DNA of 61,759 bases, filler included, from Sphacelaria rigidula (taxonomy: Eukaryota), in NCBI GenBank assembly GCA_964200075.2. It is 8 parts of 8 records of this genome, joined end to end, with 100 filler letters (N's around TTAATTAATTAA, not from the genome) between each part and the next. Parts side by side here need not be neighbours in the genome. Positions count along the whole stretch, not along the records: positions 46,396 to 54,027 come from CAXNAA020014021.1; positions 54,128 to 61,759 come from CAXNAA020014022.1; 6 more parts are not named here. The stretch is one strand, 5' to 3'. The position numbers and the translations under genes are program-made. The notes under the pieces were generated by a model, which was not told where the DNA came from, made no database searches, and saw nothing but the letters and a program-made list of their open reading frames with translations. Position 1 is the stretch's first letter; each line of letters starts with the position of its first letter. This document shows, in pieces, positions 48,950 to 61,293 of this stretch.

Positions 48950-50260
48950 TATGTTACATGTCTTGTTACGGTGATTGATCCTCGTACAGTCAAAACTCGC
49001 ATCGCTTCACGTGCATAGCCTGGGGCTGGGCTCAAATACCGGCATTTCTCCGCCTTCGGCTGTATTTTGTTTGTCCGCTTCCTCCTACAAAACCCAGGCT
49101 TCAAGAACGAATGAGATCACCGTCCCGTGGTGATCCGTACCACATTTCATGCGGTGATTTGTGGTTCGGGTTAGCCGAGGTAGCGGTACAGTTCAGGGCG
49201 TGACACGCCCAGTTTGCCTGTTCATCTGGGTACAGCTGAGATGCTTGGATCTTGGCCGCAAGGCCTGCTGATTCGATTATACCCAACGCTCGCTCTGCAA
49301 AACCGTTGAACTGGGGTGAGTCGGCAGTTGTCTTCTCCTGCTTGATATTTTCCCTGCGGCACAGTTCACCAAATGCACCCTCCGAGAATTCACCCCCGTC
49401 ATCGCTACGGACTATCTCAATTTTTCCCGGAGAGACCCATGCAACGTATTTCGCAAAGTGTCTCTCAGCCTCATCCTTCTTCCGGAGGCAATACAGCTTT
49501 TGTGTGCCGTGAGTGATCATCTCGGACTATCATCGTGTGCGACTTTCCCCCGTAAGACTTGACTTGTTTCGGGCCGGGAAGATCTACAGACACCCTAGAC
49601 GCTGACTTAGCTGCTCTCGTGTGTGTCGATCTTGGAATCGGCAGTCGCGGTCCCTTCGCCTCTGAGCAGCCACGGCAGGGCTGCAGCTCTCCAGCCGGCT
49701 GCTTACCCTGCTGCTTCACCATCTTTCGCAGTAAGCCCTCGTGGACGTGGGCGTGGGCACAGTGGAATTCGCTCGTGTCAGCGATCTGGGGGCTAGGCGA
49801 AGCCCCCGGGGCAATAACAGCATATGCCGAAGCACACTTGTCACCACCACTTTGGTCGAGGCGGCGGGCGTACATTTTTAGATGACGTGGTTGTCTGGGT
49901 ATTTTCAGTGTATTGCCTGAAATGAGATCTACCCCAAAACCTGCACGAAAACCAGTGTAGGTGTGTCCCATATTTTGGATCTTCGTGAGTGACAAGAGGT
50001 GATGACGGACATCAGATACATGGTCAACATGCATTAATTTCAGCCTCACATCCTGTCCGTCAGATCTGAACGCAAGAGACAAATTTCCTCTGCCTACGAT
50101 CGGGTAAGTACTACCACCCGCGCACCGTAGTACCCTACCCTTGCACCCTCTGTACTCCGCCCTCCAATGGGAATCGTGGGAGAAGTGCTGGGTAATCCCC
50201 GTGTCAAATATCCACGGTTCGCCCTCACCCTGCTGTCTATCACCCCCCTGCCCAACACTC
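48950..50260 (-). pseudogene. Copia protease, GAG-pre-integrase and integrase
   Basis: WIFDTGITQHF; HCAHAH...CRGC; VSVDLPGP; VRDDHSR; RSDDGGEF; PQFNGFAER. Confidence 0.93.
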
Positions 50261-50601
50261 AATGCATACCCGCCTGTGTCGCCGTTGATGGTGGTGTCGA
50301 GAGGTGAAGCCTCCCCGTCCACCTCCGAACTAACGGAGAAGCTGTCGCTGTCGTCGACCGCGCCCATCGCCATAACCATCACTATCAAGGACGCCATTGG
50401 TTTCTGCGCCCCCGGCCTCTCTTACCGCCCTCCTATCGTTAATGTCACTCTGTAATGCAGCTTGGTTTGACTGCAAATCACGCAGTAGCTCAGCCATAGA
50501 ACTCAGCTGGCTTTTCACCTCCCCCAATTGCTCAAACACACCCTGCTCACCGACTACTGTAGCAGGCCTACTACCTTGATCTGCCATCCTGCCCAACCGG
50601 T

Positions 50602-50863
50602 TGTAATACTAATACATTTCGTGGCCCGTGGCGAAGGGTAGATGGTTTCATCTTTTGTATTTTTGGAGAGTGCCTTGACGGAGTCGATCCTATGCTAGAG
50701 GGATCAGATTTGGAGTGAGGGCAGGCGGCAGTGTCGCAGCCGGCCTGGGCATAGTACTGTAGTCACACACACTTGACTACCAGTACCCGTGCGTCAGCAT
50801 CTATCCGCACATGTGCATGTTCACTCAGTACCCGTTCACATGAACACAAATCCTCCTGAAACA
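50602..50863 (-). repeat. Candidate 5' LTR of the Copia element
   Basis: Lies immediately 5' of gag and has TGT...ACA ends. No second LTR in the contig to confirm it. Confidence 0.35.
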
Positions 50864-52485
50864 ATCAACTGAAACCGATTATCTATGTGGGCAAGTCCAG
50901 GAACTGAGGAAAACAATCCTGACGCATTCGCAGCAGGAAATGTACTATTCATGGACGGGTTCGAAGGAAGAAAGGATGCATTTTTTTCATGATGGACGGG
51001 GGCTTTGTAATGGTAGTATCTGTACAGCCATGGGAGAGACGCGGCCTAGAGTTGAGCATATTTCCTCGCTCGTATATGAGCTCTGCGCGTCGTTTTAGCA
51101 CCAGTTAATGAAGAGAAGCGCAAGATACAACACGAACGAGTAGACAACGTTTTTTCTGTCGTACGATAGCTTTGCTTTTGACTATAGTTTCGTGATGAAA
51201 TGCTCCTCGTCACATCCCCCAGGTGTTCGCTTCTTGGGATAATGGCCCGGGGGCTTCATGGCTGGTCAATCGGCTTCTACCAGTGTGTCACGATAGTGCG
51301 AGACGGCGTTTGTTTGCGCCCCAGAATTCTGCCTGGAAAGCATCTTGGCTGCCGAATGAAAGATGTCGCGCTCTCACTATTTGTCAGTGAGCTCCTTTCC
51401 AGATCTCCGAGAAAGATCTGGAATGTATAACACAGAAGGGAAACATATAAAACTGAGCTTTTCTCCACAAAAACGCACGACCTCAGTAGGCAGCACATGT
51501 CAGAGTAAAGCTCGTCGTGTCCAAGTCAAGTGCTCTGGTGATCTACGCATGATCGCCACGAGGAAGTTACGCAGCAATGAGAACATTTGCAAGGCTGTAT
51601 TACTCTGAGGGTGTGATTCAGAGTACCCGTGATGAAGGGAAACAGGTGTAATGGGGGACAAGCGTATTCAGGAACACGCTTGGTAAGGTAGACAACTGGC
51701 CGAGGCAATCTGCCTGGGAAAATGGGTCGTGTGCGGCACCAGTCAGTACACACCCCAAACGCTAACATCAATCTCACGTAATAGGTAGATTGATATCTAC
51801 TTGGTCTACAAGACTCTTACTCACTCGTGTTCCTTGTCGTTCTGCTCAATGTTCCTTCACTCGTCTCACCGGACCGGTAGCTTGCGTTGATGCGTCGCTG
51901 GGAGGATGAAAACGTGCTTCAGGAGGGCTACGACAACAGCTGACTACACCCTTTTTATCAAGCTCATATTCAGTCTGATGAAGCCTGACCAGACCTACAG
52001 CCCCCATAAGAATTTTCAGACCTAAACGAATGCCACATGTACGGGTCTGCGAAGGCATGACGATCAACGCCTTCCAACCTCATCACTCCAGCCCACTCAG
52101 ACGAGCCCTTGTTACAGTTACGATGAATATTCTCGACAAGCAAAGAAAGTTGAGGCTTTTCTATACTCGTGAAGTCATGAATAGCTAGAAAGGTGAACAA
52201 AAACAAAAATTGTGGAAAAACACCCGACCTTAGTGACTGCAAAAAGCACACCCAAGACCAGTAGTGCAACGTCCAACCCTTTGCCCGATCCTCCCACACC
52301 TCAAACAAGGGAAGCATAATCTGCGTCAAAAAGCGCAAATGCGCTTAAATACGCATGAGCCCAAACTACTGCTGCGGGCTAGTGAGCACCCAAACGGAGG
52401 AGCACCAAATGATTCTACGCCCTAGCCATATAAGGAGGCAAACCGGAAAGGCATAACAAGGAGCACAACGTCTACCGAGGTGATA

Positions 52486-52797
52486 TTTTTTCGTTCTTTC
52501 TTGTTGCACTGTGAACCCCTCTTTTTTCCTCGGGACGAGTCCGTGGTCTCAAGGGATCAACCCATCTCTCCCCGGAACACGCCTCGCATTTTGGTCTCAC
52601 GGCTTGGGTCAGCACTCCCGCACCGCGTCAACTCACGACAAACAAACCCAGTCGACTACTTTGTTTACCCACATTCTCACGCTTTCCACGATGGAAATCA
52701 GACATCACGAAGAAAAAACACAACACATCGAAAATCGAACCCTCGTTTTCTCCACCGTAATGGCGACAGTCGGACCATTACACCACCGGGGCGCGGC
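52486..52797 (-). mobile_element. Full-length tRNA-derived SINE, family B
   Basis: gccgcgccccggTGGTGTAATGG (A box), GGTTCGATT (B box), A-rich tail, flanking duplication aggtgata/aggtgaca. Confidence 0.88.
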
Positions 52798-53219
52798 AGG
52801 TGACACCAGGCTCAATCACCAACAGTTCACTCGCATGCGACGAACGCATGTTGGGCCAAACCAAGGAGGGCAAGGAAATCATAAATTCGAGGATTCGTAA
52901 GGATCCAGCGCCAGCAACAGGAGCCAAGAGCGGGCATACTAAAAGCTCCGGTCGTCATGGATGACGGTGCTCCAGGCAAGCTCCGTTCTTGATCCGCTTG
53001 CTCTGCTCCGGATGAGCTCCGTTCGTAAGCTGTTGTTGGTGTTGGTGTCGTGGAAATTGGTTTCCATATGGTGGAAACAGGTGAAGATTTCTAAAACGAG
53101 AGGGAAAAAAAAGGTAGACGAATGTCTCGGATCGAAGGCAGGAGATGGAGCGAAAGCCCAAAGCGCTGCGTTGATATCATATGTGCGATCCATCTTGCGG
53201 TCAAGTCCGCGTTGGAGGC

Positions 53220-53720
53220 CTTTGGACTTTAGCCCCTGAAGGCACCAGGGATCTGGTGCTGCGGACAAGCTGGTGGTGAAAAACTCTGTGAGGAGCTTGG
53301 GCTACACGGGTCCAGGGTTATCGATGAAACGCACCACGTATGCGCGAGTTGCAATCAGATCGGTGGAGGTGGTCTGGCCAAGCCACCAGAGATTGTCGCC
53401 GCCTTTCAACCACAAATGGGCTTCTGGGGAGGACTCCCGGTTTTGCGCGGGTTTTTTTTTTCTCAATGCATGGTGGGTACCACTTCGTAGCTATCGGCGA
53501 CAAAGCGCAAGCCTTTGCCAAGGTGGAATTCGCGGGCTGCAGCGCCGCGGCGCATGTTCCGGTAGTTCTTGTTGGCCAGATGCTGCTGCTGGGGTTACGT
53601 CCAGTATAGAAGGGTAGTACGGCGGTGCAACCAAAGGTCGGCTTCAAGTTCCCAGGACGCCCTCCGAAGACCTCCCCAGTGGGTCTTGTACATGACAACA
53701 ATCTTACCTCCTCGTATTAA
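53220..53720 (-). pseudogene. C-terminal fragment of a chromodomain-bearing Gypsy pol
   Basis: RGGKIVVMYKTHWGGLRRASWELEADL fits the chromodomain Y..kW.G.....sWE.e..L pattern. It is followed across stops and a frameshift by HLWLKGGDNLWWLG...YVVRFIDNPGP...WCLQ, which I recall from brown-algal Gypsy pol tails. Confidence 0.65.
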
Positions 53721-53842
53721 AGTCGTATAAAACTCACAGAAGATGCGTGTACGGGCATAAATGTCGTGCAGAACTACGCACGGAGGTTTCGGGTACTGGT
53801 TCGAAGTATCGAGTATGGGGTGTACCACAGAACATAAAAGCC

Positions 53843-54027
53843 GCCGCGCCCCGGTGGTGTAATGGTCCGACTGTCGCCATTACGGTGGAGAGGACGGGGG
53901 TTCGATTCCCGATGCGTTGGGTTTTTCCTTCGTAATATATGATTTCCACCGTGGAAAGCGTGAGAATGTGAGTAAACAAAGTAGTCGACTGGGGCTGTGT
54001 GCTGTGAGTTGACGCGGTGCGGGGGGG
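53843..54027 (+). mobile_element. tRNA-derived SINE family B, 5' part, cut by contig end
   Basis: Closely matches 52610-52797 in the opposite orientation; A box tggtgtaatgg, B box ggttcgattcc. Confidence 0.88.
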
Positions 54028-54127
54028 NNNNNNNNNNNNNNNNNNNNNNNNNNNNNNNNNNNNNNNNNNNNTTAATTAATTAANNNNNNNNNNNNNNNNN
54101 NNNNNNNNNNNNNNNNNNNNNNNNNNN
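54028..54127. other. Artificial contig linker
   Basis: N44-TTAATTAATTAA-N44. Confidence 0.98.
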
Positions 54128-55738
54128 GGGGAAAGCACTGTTTTAGGGTTGAGCCTCATCTCGAAGTTAAACCTCAATTCGCACAATTTGTTGTTATATT
54201 CTGTTTCCAACCATCCATGCGGTACCAAAAAGGAAAGAACCCCAACCCCCGTCGTGCCGCAGCTTAGGGCAGTATGGCACAGTACGTAACAGGCCATGTC
54301 GTATCAATAATACAATGGCTGATTTAATTGACTTGGCGAGCTGCTGCATCATCAATTCCTCGGGCTGAGTATGACGCAACGACTTGTTGGGAACAGTAAA
54401 CGCACTTGCAGTCACTTGAATACAACTTAGGCCAAGTATGAGCAATACCAGTCGTAACATCGCATTCTCATGGCCACGTTCCCTATTTGAAAACTGATAT
54501 TTTCCCCCAGTATCTGAACAATATCATCACTCATGCATCGACCCGTATGCACGGCGCCAGCACCTCGGATTAAATGCACACCCTGCTCCGGAAGCTACAC
54601 CCTTGCGCTACCACAGACTACACGCGGCAGCCTGTGAAGCAGGCTCATTTCGTCGACTGATGAAGTTTTGCCTTCATGCACCTTATTGTGCTCTCCATGA
54701 AGACAAGGGGAAGGGGAGGGGGGGGGGGAATCGCGCAAGAAAAAACAACTTGACGGCTCGATGAAAACAATATTTCTGTCGTACGAAAGGTGTCAGCCCC
54801 AATGCTGCCGGTCACTATAGTACTTCCAGGTGGTAACACGCACGTTCACAGTAAAACCGAACCACGCGACATGCTCACGGTCTTTGTCCCAGAACCAAAG
54901 GACCCTTCCTAGGATCATTCCAGACCGCACCAGAACCAGGGGACATATAATCCTCGGCCCGGGAACACACAACCTACTCCTGCGTGGGACGGGTCTTCCA
55001 TCAAAGTACACTGCGGTGGCTACCGTCACTCATGCATCACCGAATCTTGATGAAATCAAAACATGAAGGGACTTGAACGATACTCAAAATGTTCAAACGG
55101 GCACAGACCAAACAAATAAATACAGACAGGGTTGTCAAGGTTTTTTCCCGGATACTACTTGCTATCGTAAAAAGCGATCTTAAAATGACGATAATCGACG
55201 TACAACGAATCACAAAAGACCCGACAGCACGAACAGCTCCGCACGTTCCGCTGCCAACTTCACTCCCACAAAACCCACGGGTATACAGCCATATTCCTTG
55301 AGGGAAACTTAGAGCTTCAAGCCTGTCGAAACCTCGACAGACAAATAAAGATAAAAACGAGCAAAAACACGGAACATATCCCGCCTGTGCGGAGGGGCCT
55401 CGAACCACACACAACGTTTATAACGTCGCGCGCACATCACTTGCTATAATACCGCTGTCGATCCTTCATGGGTGTCAACGCGCAGTCGACGATATAGGTA
55501 CAACATCCACGCATCACCCATCCTCCGAGAACAGTTCCCGTCCAAGTCGACACCTGAGGGGTAGAAGTGGAGCAAGCTCCACGCAACAAACACAAACGAG
55601 TCAACACCCACCAGCATCGGAGTAAAAGTACAGATATGGCACCATCTGCGAGGAGGGAATACGTACAGACCTAGGCAGAACATCAACAAACATCTCCCGC
55701 ACGATGCCGAAGTTTCCGCAGAAGCAACGGCGGCAGCG

Positions 55739-55870
55739 TCACACCGACAAAGAGGGTAAGCGCCTTTCCGATTGGAAGGCGATACGGCGCTCCAGGATAT
55801 CAAACGTTGTCTTCACAATACTGTCCGCTCCTCCCTCGAAGTACTCCTCGTATACCTCCACGGCAATGGC
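55739..55870 (-). CDS. Exostosin-family (GT47) glycosyltransferase, terminal exon
   Basis: cacag|AIAVEVYEEYFEGGADSIVKTTFDILERRIAFQSERRLPSLSV*, phase 0. Resembles the exostosin domain end (Y..YF.s...Iv.ttL.il..Ri). Confidence 0.75.
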   Translation of the reverse strand, partial: AIAVEVYEEYFEGGADSIVKTTFDILERRIAFQSERRLPSLSV

Positions 55871-56365
55871 CTGTGTCAGACGGTGTTTGGAGGCGAGGGG
55901 GGAGTGGGAGGGGCACAACAACGTTCGGGAAGGGACATACACAAGTAATGAGCACGGAACACAAGTTTTGAGAGTAGAAGCACACAAGGGGAACGAAGCG
56001 TGAAGTCATTAGGTCAGTCACAACACCGGAAAAGGACACCACCACTACACGTTCCTGAAGTTCATGGAAATCCAAAATGGTTCCTTCACAGGATGAGGGG
56101 AATCACGCATGGCCACGACAAGAGTCAAAGAAAAGCTAAGATTCAAATCACTCTCGAGGGCGGGGAGTTGAAGTGAATGGAGAGCTCGTGCGAGGAGATG
56201 CGTTGGGGTGAATGTGCGCACTACTGCGTATTGCACTATTTCCTCTGTTTTTCTGCTAAGTGACGATTGGTCTTCACATGGATAAGCGCCTGTATTTTGG
56301 GACCTACAATGTTGCAACAGTCACATGACATCACCATACAGAACAGCAAGCTACTCAGGCTGCTA

Positions 56366-56809
56366 TCAACAGCCAATCATCGAAATTGAGGATGAAGCTT
56401 TTCATTGAGGATGAGAACCCGGAGGATTTAAATCTTTGTATCCACACCAAACCTTCGATATAGGTTCTATTCCTTCACCTACTGGTAGCTTTTGACAAGT
56501 GCTACACGCCATAAAAATTTGGATTTCTATAACCGAAATGTTGGGGTCCTACGTAAAGAAACAATTCTGGGGAATTTCGGTGATCCGATCGGACCACCTG
56601 AATTCTCTCAAAGTGTTTCTTCATCTAGGACCCCAACATTTCGGTTATCGAAATCCAAATTCGTATGGCGTGTAGCAGTTGTCAATAGCTACCAGTAGGT
56701 GAAGGAATGGAACAATATTTCGAATATTTGGTGTGGATACGAAGATTTTAATCCTTTGGGTTCTCTCCTTCAAAAAGCTCCATCCTCAATTTCGATGATC
56801 GGCTGTTGA
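56366..56809. mobile_element. 444-bp fully palindromic foldback element in exostosin intron
   Basis: tcaacagccaatcatcgaaattgaggatg ... catcctcaatttcgatgatcggctgttga. Arms pair up to the centre ggtgatccgatcggaccacc. Confidence 0.9.
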
Positions 56810-57177
56810 CTGCTGAATAAGAACAGAGAGCAGGAAGCGATACATGGCTGCAGGAGTGTGTAAGCACGTGTGTAAACACACTGCAGCCACAGCGTCCATT
56901 TCCCGTTTAGAGCACAGATCAAACAGGTGGCCGAGCCCTCCGGGAGGTATCACTGTTCAAGACGCTGAACGGTGTGCCTCATGCTCCAGATCGTGTGTGC
57001 GCGCGCTTACTCCGGACCATGTCTACGACCCTGGACTCCCCCCAACGCTTTCGACAGCAACGTGCTTGAACTTTGCAAAGTCGGGTCACGCTGTGGTATC
57101 ACGTGGAATGCGAGTCATATCCACGAGGCACGCTCACGACCAAAGAAACAAAGTCCTCATCAGCGTGCCTCCACATA

Positions 57178-57201
57178 CCACACACACACACACACACACA
57201 C
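57178..57201. repeat. (CA)n microsatellite
   Basis: Direct reading. Confidence 0.9.
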
Positions 57202-57574
57202 GCACGCTCACAAGCCCTTGCCCAAATTTCAGCGACGGGGGTTGTCTTGAGCGTGATGTGTTTGCGATGTGTCTTTTGCCCCCGTCACGCGTATTTTCTA
57301 CATCGCTGGCCACAACACACTCAACAACCGACACTCTTTCGACCAGGCGTAGTTTTCGTGAGAAACTGCCAGGCTTCGAGACATCACAGGGCAATGTCGG
57401 GTCCGTGTACGGTAAACGCCATACCCCCGTGGTACGACCTGCACCCGGTATGAAGCTAGTGAAGACAAACCGAGTCCGGCTGTCCTCGGTCGAAAGTTCT
57501 CGCCTCTAGAATTAATCACGACAATCAACGTTGTTTCCTCCCCGTAAATGAAGCTTTTCGACAGAGGATTTCAC

Positions 57575-57965
57575 GAATTGGGGATGGATTGTTTTATTGG
57601 GGATGAGAACCCGGATTATTAAAATCTTCGTATTCACACCAAATCTTCGAAACATGGTTCGTTCCATTTCTTCACTTGCTGGTAGCTTTTGACATCTGGT
57701 ACGAGCCATGCAAATATGGATTTCGATAAACAAAATGTCGGGGTCCTAGGTGACAAACCAATTTTGGGTGATTCAGGTGATCCGATCGGACCCCAAAACA
57801 TGTTTTTTCACCTAGGACTCCGACATTTCGGTTATCGAAATCCAACTTTGTATGGCGTGTAGTAGTTGTCGACAGCTTCCAGCAAGTAAAGAAATGGAAC
57901 CATGCTTCGAAGATTTGGTGTGGATACGAAGATCTTGATTCTCCGGGTTTTCATCCCCAATAAAA
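57575..57965. mobile_element. Second intronic copy of the palindromic foldback element (ends eroded)
   Basis: ggatgagaacccgga...cacaccaaatcttcga...gtgatccgatcggacc...tcgaagatttggtgtg...tccgggttttcatcc. Confidence 0.88.
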
Positions 57966-58601
57966 AAAAAAAAAACGAGTTGTAAAACCCCGTGGTTTTC
58001 TACAAAATATGCCCCACCCCCCTCCAACAACGTGCTTGAGATAAAAACTATTTTTACAGATGCTCCCGAGCAGAGGCCTAGAAAACGGGGTTCATGAACG
58101 CGATTGAGGTGCAACGACACGCTCTCGCATGCGCGTTTTCGCTGGGACGCAGCGTCGTCAAGCTGCCAACATATGACTAAATATTGACATGAAAAAATTA
58201 CTTCCGGTACCCTTCATATTTCGCCTCGAGCGACGTCTCGGGGTTGACAATTCCGGGTGACGATTGCATGAATTACCTTCACTCACCATGTAATAACTCA
58301 ATACTGCCCTAGCTTAACTGCCCGGTACGAATAACAAGTAGGTGACGGAGTAACCAAAGCATGGAATAATAGTGCCATCTCTACACGCCGTTCGCACAGG
58401 CGCCGCACGGCGCTCTTGTTGTATAACGTTGGGAGTTGGGACGGTCTTCCTCCCTATTGTTTTCTCATTACTTTTGGTCTTCTCAATCCATCATTTCTGG
58501 TCTCATCGATAAAAAATATGGAAATTTCTTTCACGCTAGCGGCGTGGCGCAACACTTTACAATTTAATATGTACCGCTGCACTTTACGCCGAAACACATA
58601 C

Positions 58602-58769
58602 CTGCATTTCCGCGAGCTTCTCGGCGGGCACCGACCTCAGTGTATTTATCAGCTGCGGTACCTCCTCAGTCGGGAAGGAGTAAGAGAAGAGTCTCCACTG
58701 GATCCGGTCGGGAAACGGCTTGATGAAATCGTTGTTCACGAAAACCGGGATGCAACCCGCCGACAGTGC
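58602..58769 (-). CDS. Exostosin-family (GT47) glycosyltransferase, internal exon
   Basis: ctgcag|ALSAGCIPVFVNNDFIKPFPDRIQW...VPQLINTLRSVPAEKLAEMQ|gtatgt, 168 nt. Hallmark EAL.AGCIPV......PF...I.W. Confidence 0.93.
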
Positions 58770-59923
58770 CTGCAGATAAAAGGCCATGTTCCATCCACAA
58801 CGGAAGCGACAGATGTCTTGCAGGCATATGTTTTCACATCCATGCTGTGTTTTAGGTTGCCCGTCTGCCGGCCCGCCTGACTGCTTGCGTCCGCTACAAC
58901 TAGAGCGTAAATACTCCGGAGTGGTACTGTTTTATATTTCATTTGTTGTTTGCAGATAGGTATGCAGGCGTTGTTCAATTCAATGAGGAGAAATCTGTGC
59001 TCAGTTCCGTTATGCTACCCCCTTGATACTCGTGCACCGCGTGGTCAACCGTGACACAGTAAACGAGTTTCTTATCCTTATCGCCATCACAGTGTGTATG
59101 ACCAGATGTATTCTTCCAACGCGATGTTATTGACCGTTTCCCCGCCCAAAAAATAACCGAAAACAAAGACTTTAAAAAATCGCTGTTTTCACCGACTCTA
59201 GTGATGCCACCCGCGGACTTCACTTTCAAACTCAAACAGGTGCGTCTTCGAGCCGACGATCTACTGAACTATGGCACAAGAACTGCTGTTCGACTTCACC
59301 TTCAATGACCATGGAGCAATATTCAAAATGATACAAGAGCTTAGCGCAGAGAGATACCACCTGACTGGAGTAGCACTGCATCCATGTTTCCGTGAAATAC
59401 CAAGAATAGTTGATGCGGTACATGATGTGCCACAGCGAAATCACCGAATCAATCAAAATGTACCCCGAAATCCTCGCCTCTGTTTTTAGAATATAGCTGT
59501 AACTGCCGGCAATACTCCAGCCCCATATTTTGGGAGTTGGCGTCGAGACTTCCAGGCGCAGGTTGTACGTGAAACGATCAAGTCTCAAAAGTTTGCTGGG
59601 GAGGAGACAGCATATTCTACTGCGCTACTGAGCATCCTGTACCGTGTGACTACACCGCTATATTGCGGTGTCGCCCTCTAATGCTTGTAAGGATCTTGCC
59701 CCAAACGGTCCACGGGCAATAAATCATACGTTCAATCACCCCCTCCCCACAAGAGACACTAGTTCCACTTTATGCGTTCTCACGAATCCCAAAGCAAGGA
59801 AACCACATTCTGCCAAGAATGGAAGAGTGCATCTGTCGGGGCAATACAACCTATGTTCTACTCCCCTCTCCGAAACACCCCAAACAAAATAGACCACAAA
59901 GCAAAAACTCGCGAAACATTCAC

Positions 59924-60187
59924 CTCTCCGAGGCGAAACGTAGCAGGAGATCGGCCCGCGGGGATGATCGCAAATGTCGTGTTCATCAAATCGATGTAGT
60001 CGGTGGCGCCATACTCCACGTCCATGCGGTCGCACATCTCCCTATTGCCCGGCAGGTCTAACAATTCCGGGTGCATCTTTTGGCACCTCTCCGATATGAC
60101 CACGCCGGTTGGATTTGGCCGGGGGGGACCTAGGGCTTGCACCGAGGATCGCTCCAGCATTCCTTCCCTATTCAAATACAATTGCCC
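59924..60187 (-). CDS. Exostosin-family (GT47) glycosyltransferase, internal exon; upstream exons not in contig
   Basis: cgcag|GQLYLN...DYIDLMNTTFAIIPAGRSPATFRLGE|gtgaat, 264 nt. Hallmark Y..Lm.ns.F.L.P.G....s.Rl.E. Confidence 0.93.
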
Positions 60188-61293
60188 CTGCGATAGATAC
60201 AGTTAAGGCAAAATAGTGTGTGTGTGGGGGGGGGGGGGGGAAGGCGAAAACCAGCGAAAATAAACGCAAACGAATAAANNNNNNNNNNAGATCGTACAAA
60301 TATAATTGCTGAGAGAAAGAAAAAAAAAAGCAATAAGAAACGAAACATCATCAAAACGTATAAAAAAATAAAATCAAAATAGGGGGGTAACAAACTTGGC
60401 AGTGGAACCAAGTAAGCAAAGAGAGAATACCGATGATTAGCCCAGAAGTGATGGAGCCGACAAGAAAGGTTGGCAAGGAATGTGAGCACAATCAAACATG
60501 AATGAAAGAAAAATAAGCTAGGTGTGAGCGCTTGGTGGTTGCTGTGTATGTATGCGTGTGTGCGCATGAAATGTCCAGAGGCGTTCCTCCCTGCCAGTTT
60601 GTCAAGATTCGCGTCGAGCGCCAGATATTTAGGGTAAATAATTCCCCCACTATTTGTTCTTTGTGCTCTAGATGCCTCCTCCTCATCAACCTGTTCGGTT
60701 TTGGGGGGAGAGCCTGTATACATGGTCTCCAGGTTTGATCCCATCTCGACTTCGATGCCTACCCTGTACTTTGCGATCGGTGATCGACTCAACGAAATCT
60801 TCAAGTCGGTTCGTCGACGTCATTTCCTTCCAATGAAAGTCGGTGTCGAACGAGACAAGAAAGCGACGACTGGCAATGCAGTACTGCACAGCATGCTTTT
60901 TCACCGCGAAAAACGTTTCCGTTACATGTCCTGGGTTTATATGTCGGGCAGCATTGCGCGAACAAACGGACAAAAGGTAGGTCAGGGAGGTTGAAGAAAT
61001 CACGGGCGACGTTTTGCGCAATTATACACACACCGTGGCGCGTACAGTATCGCAGCGGCAGCCAAGGCTAGCTGGTTCGAGCGAAAATCTGGGCATACGA
61101 AAACCAGAGCCACTTCCATGTGGGCAAGGACGTGTGTAGATCCCATCGTCCCGAACAATGAGGTTCGTGGGGTGGTGTACAGAGTAGACAATAACACATC
61201 TCTGTGCGTGAAATCTTGCAGAGCAAGGTAGAGTTATCCCACGATGGCGGGAAATTTTGTTTTGGCAACAGGAAAGGATGCACGGGCATGCCA

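Larger units (their letters stand above)
46500..50596 (-). mobile_element. Ty1/Copia LTR retrotransposon internal region, degenerate, gag largely absent
   Basis: Order protease - integrase - RT - RNase H on the minus strand, with frameshifts and stops. Confidence 0.95.

Noticed and set aside
60686..60940. LRAT/NC-domain gene (IKPGDHVY) or upstream exostosin exon
   Set aside because: The following HxGIY and NCE motifs are absent, and no exostosin ..TFK exon end is present.
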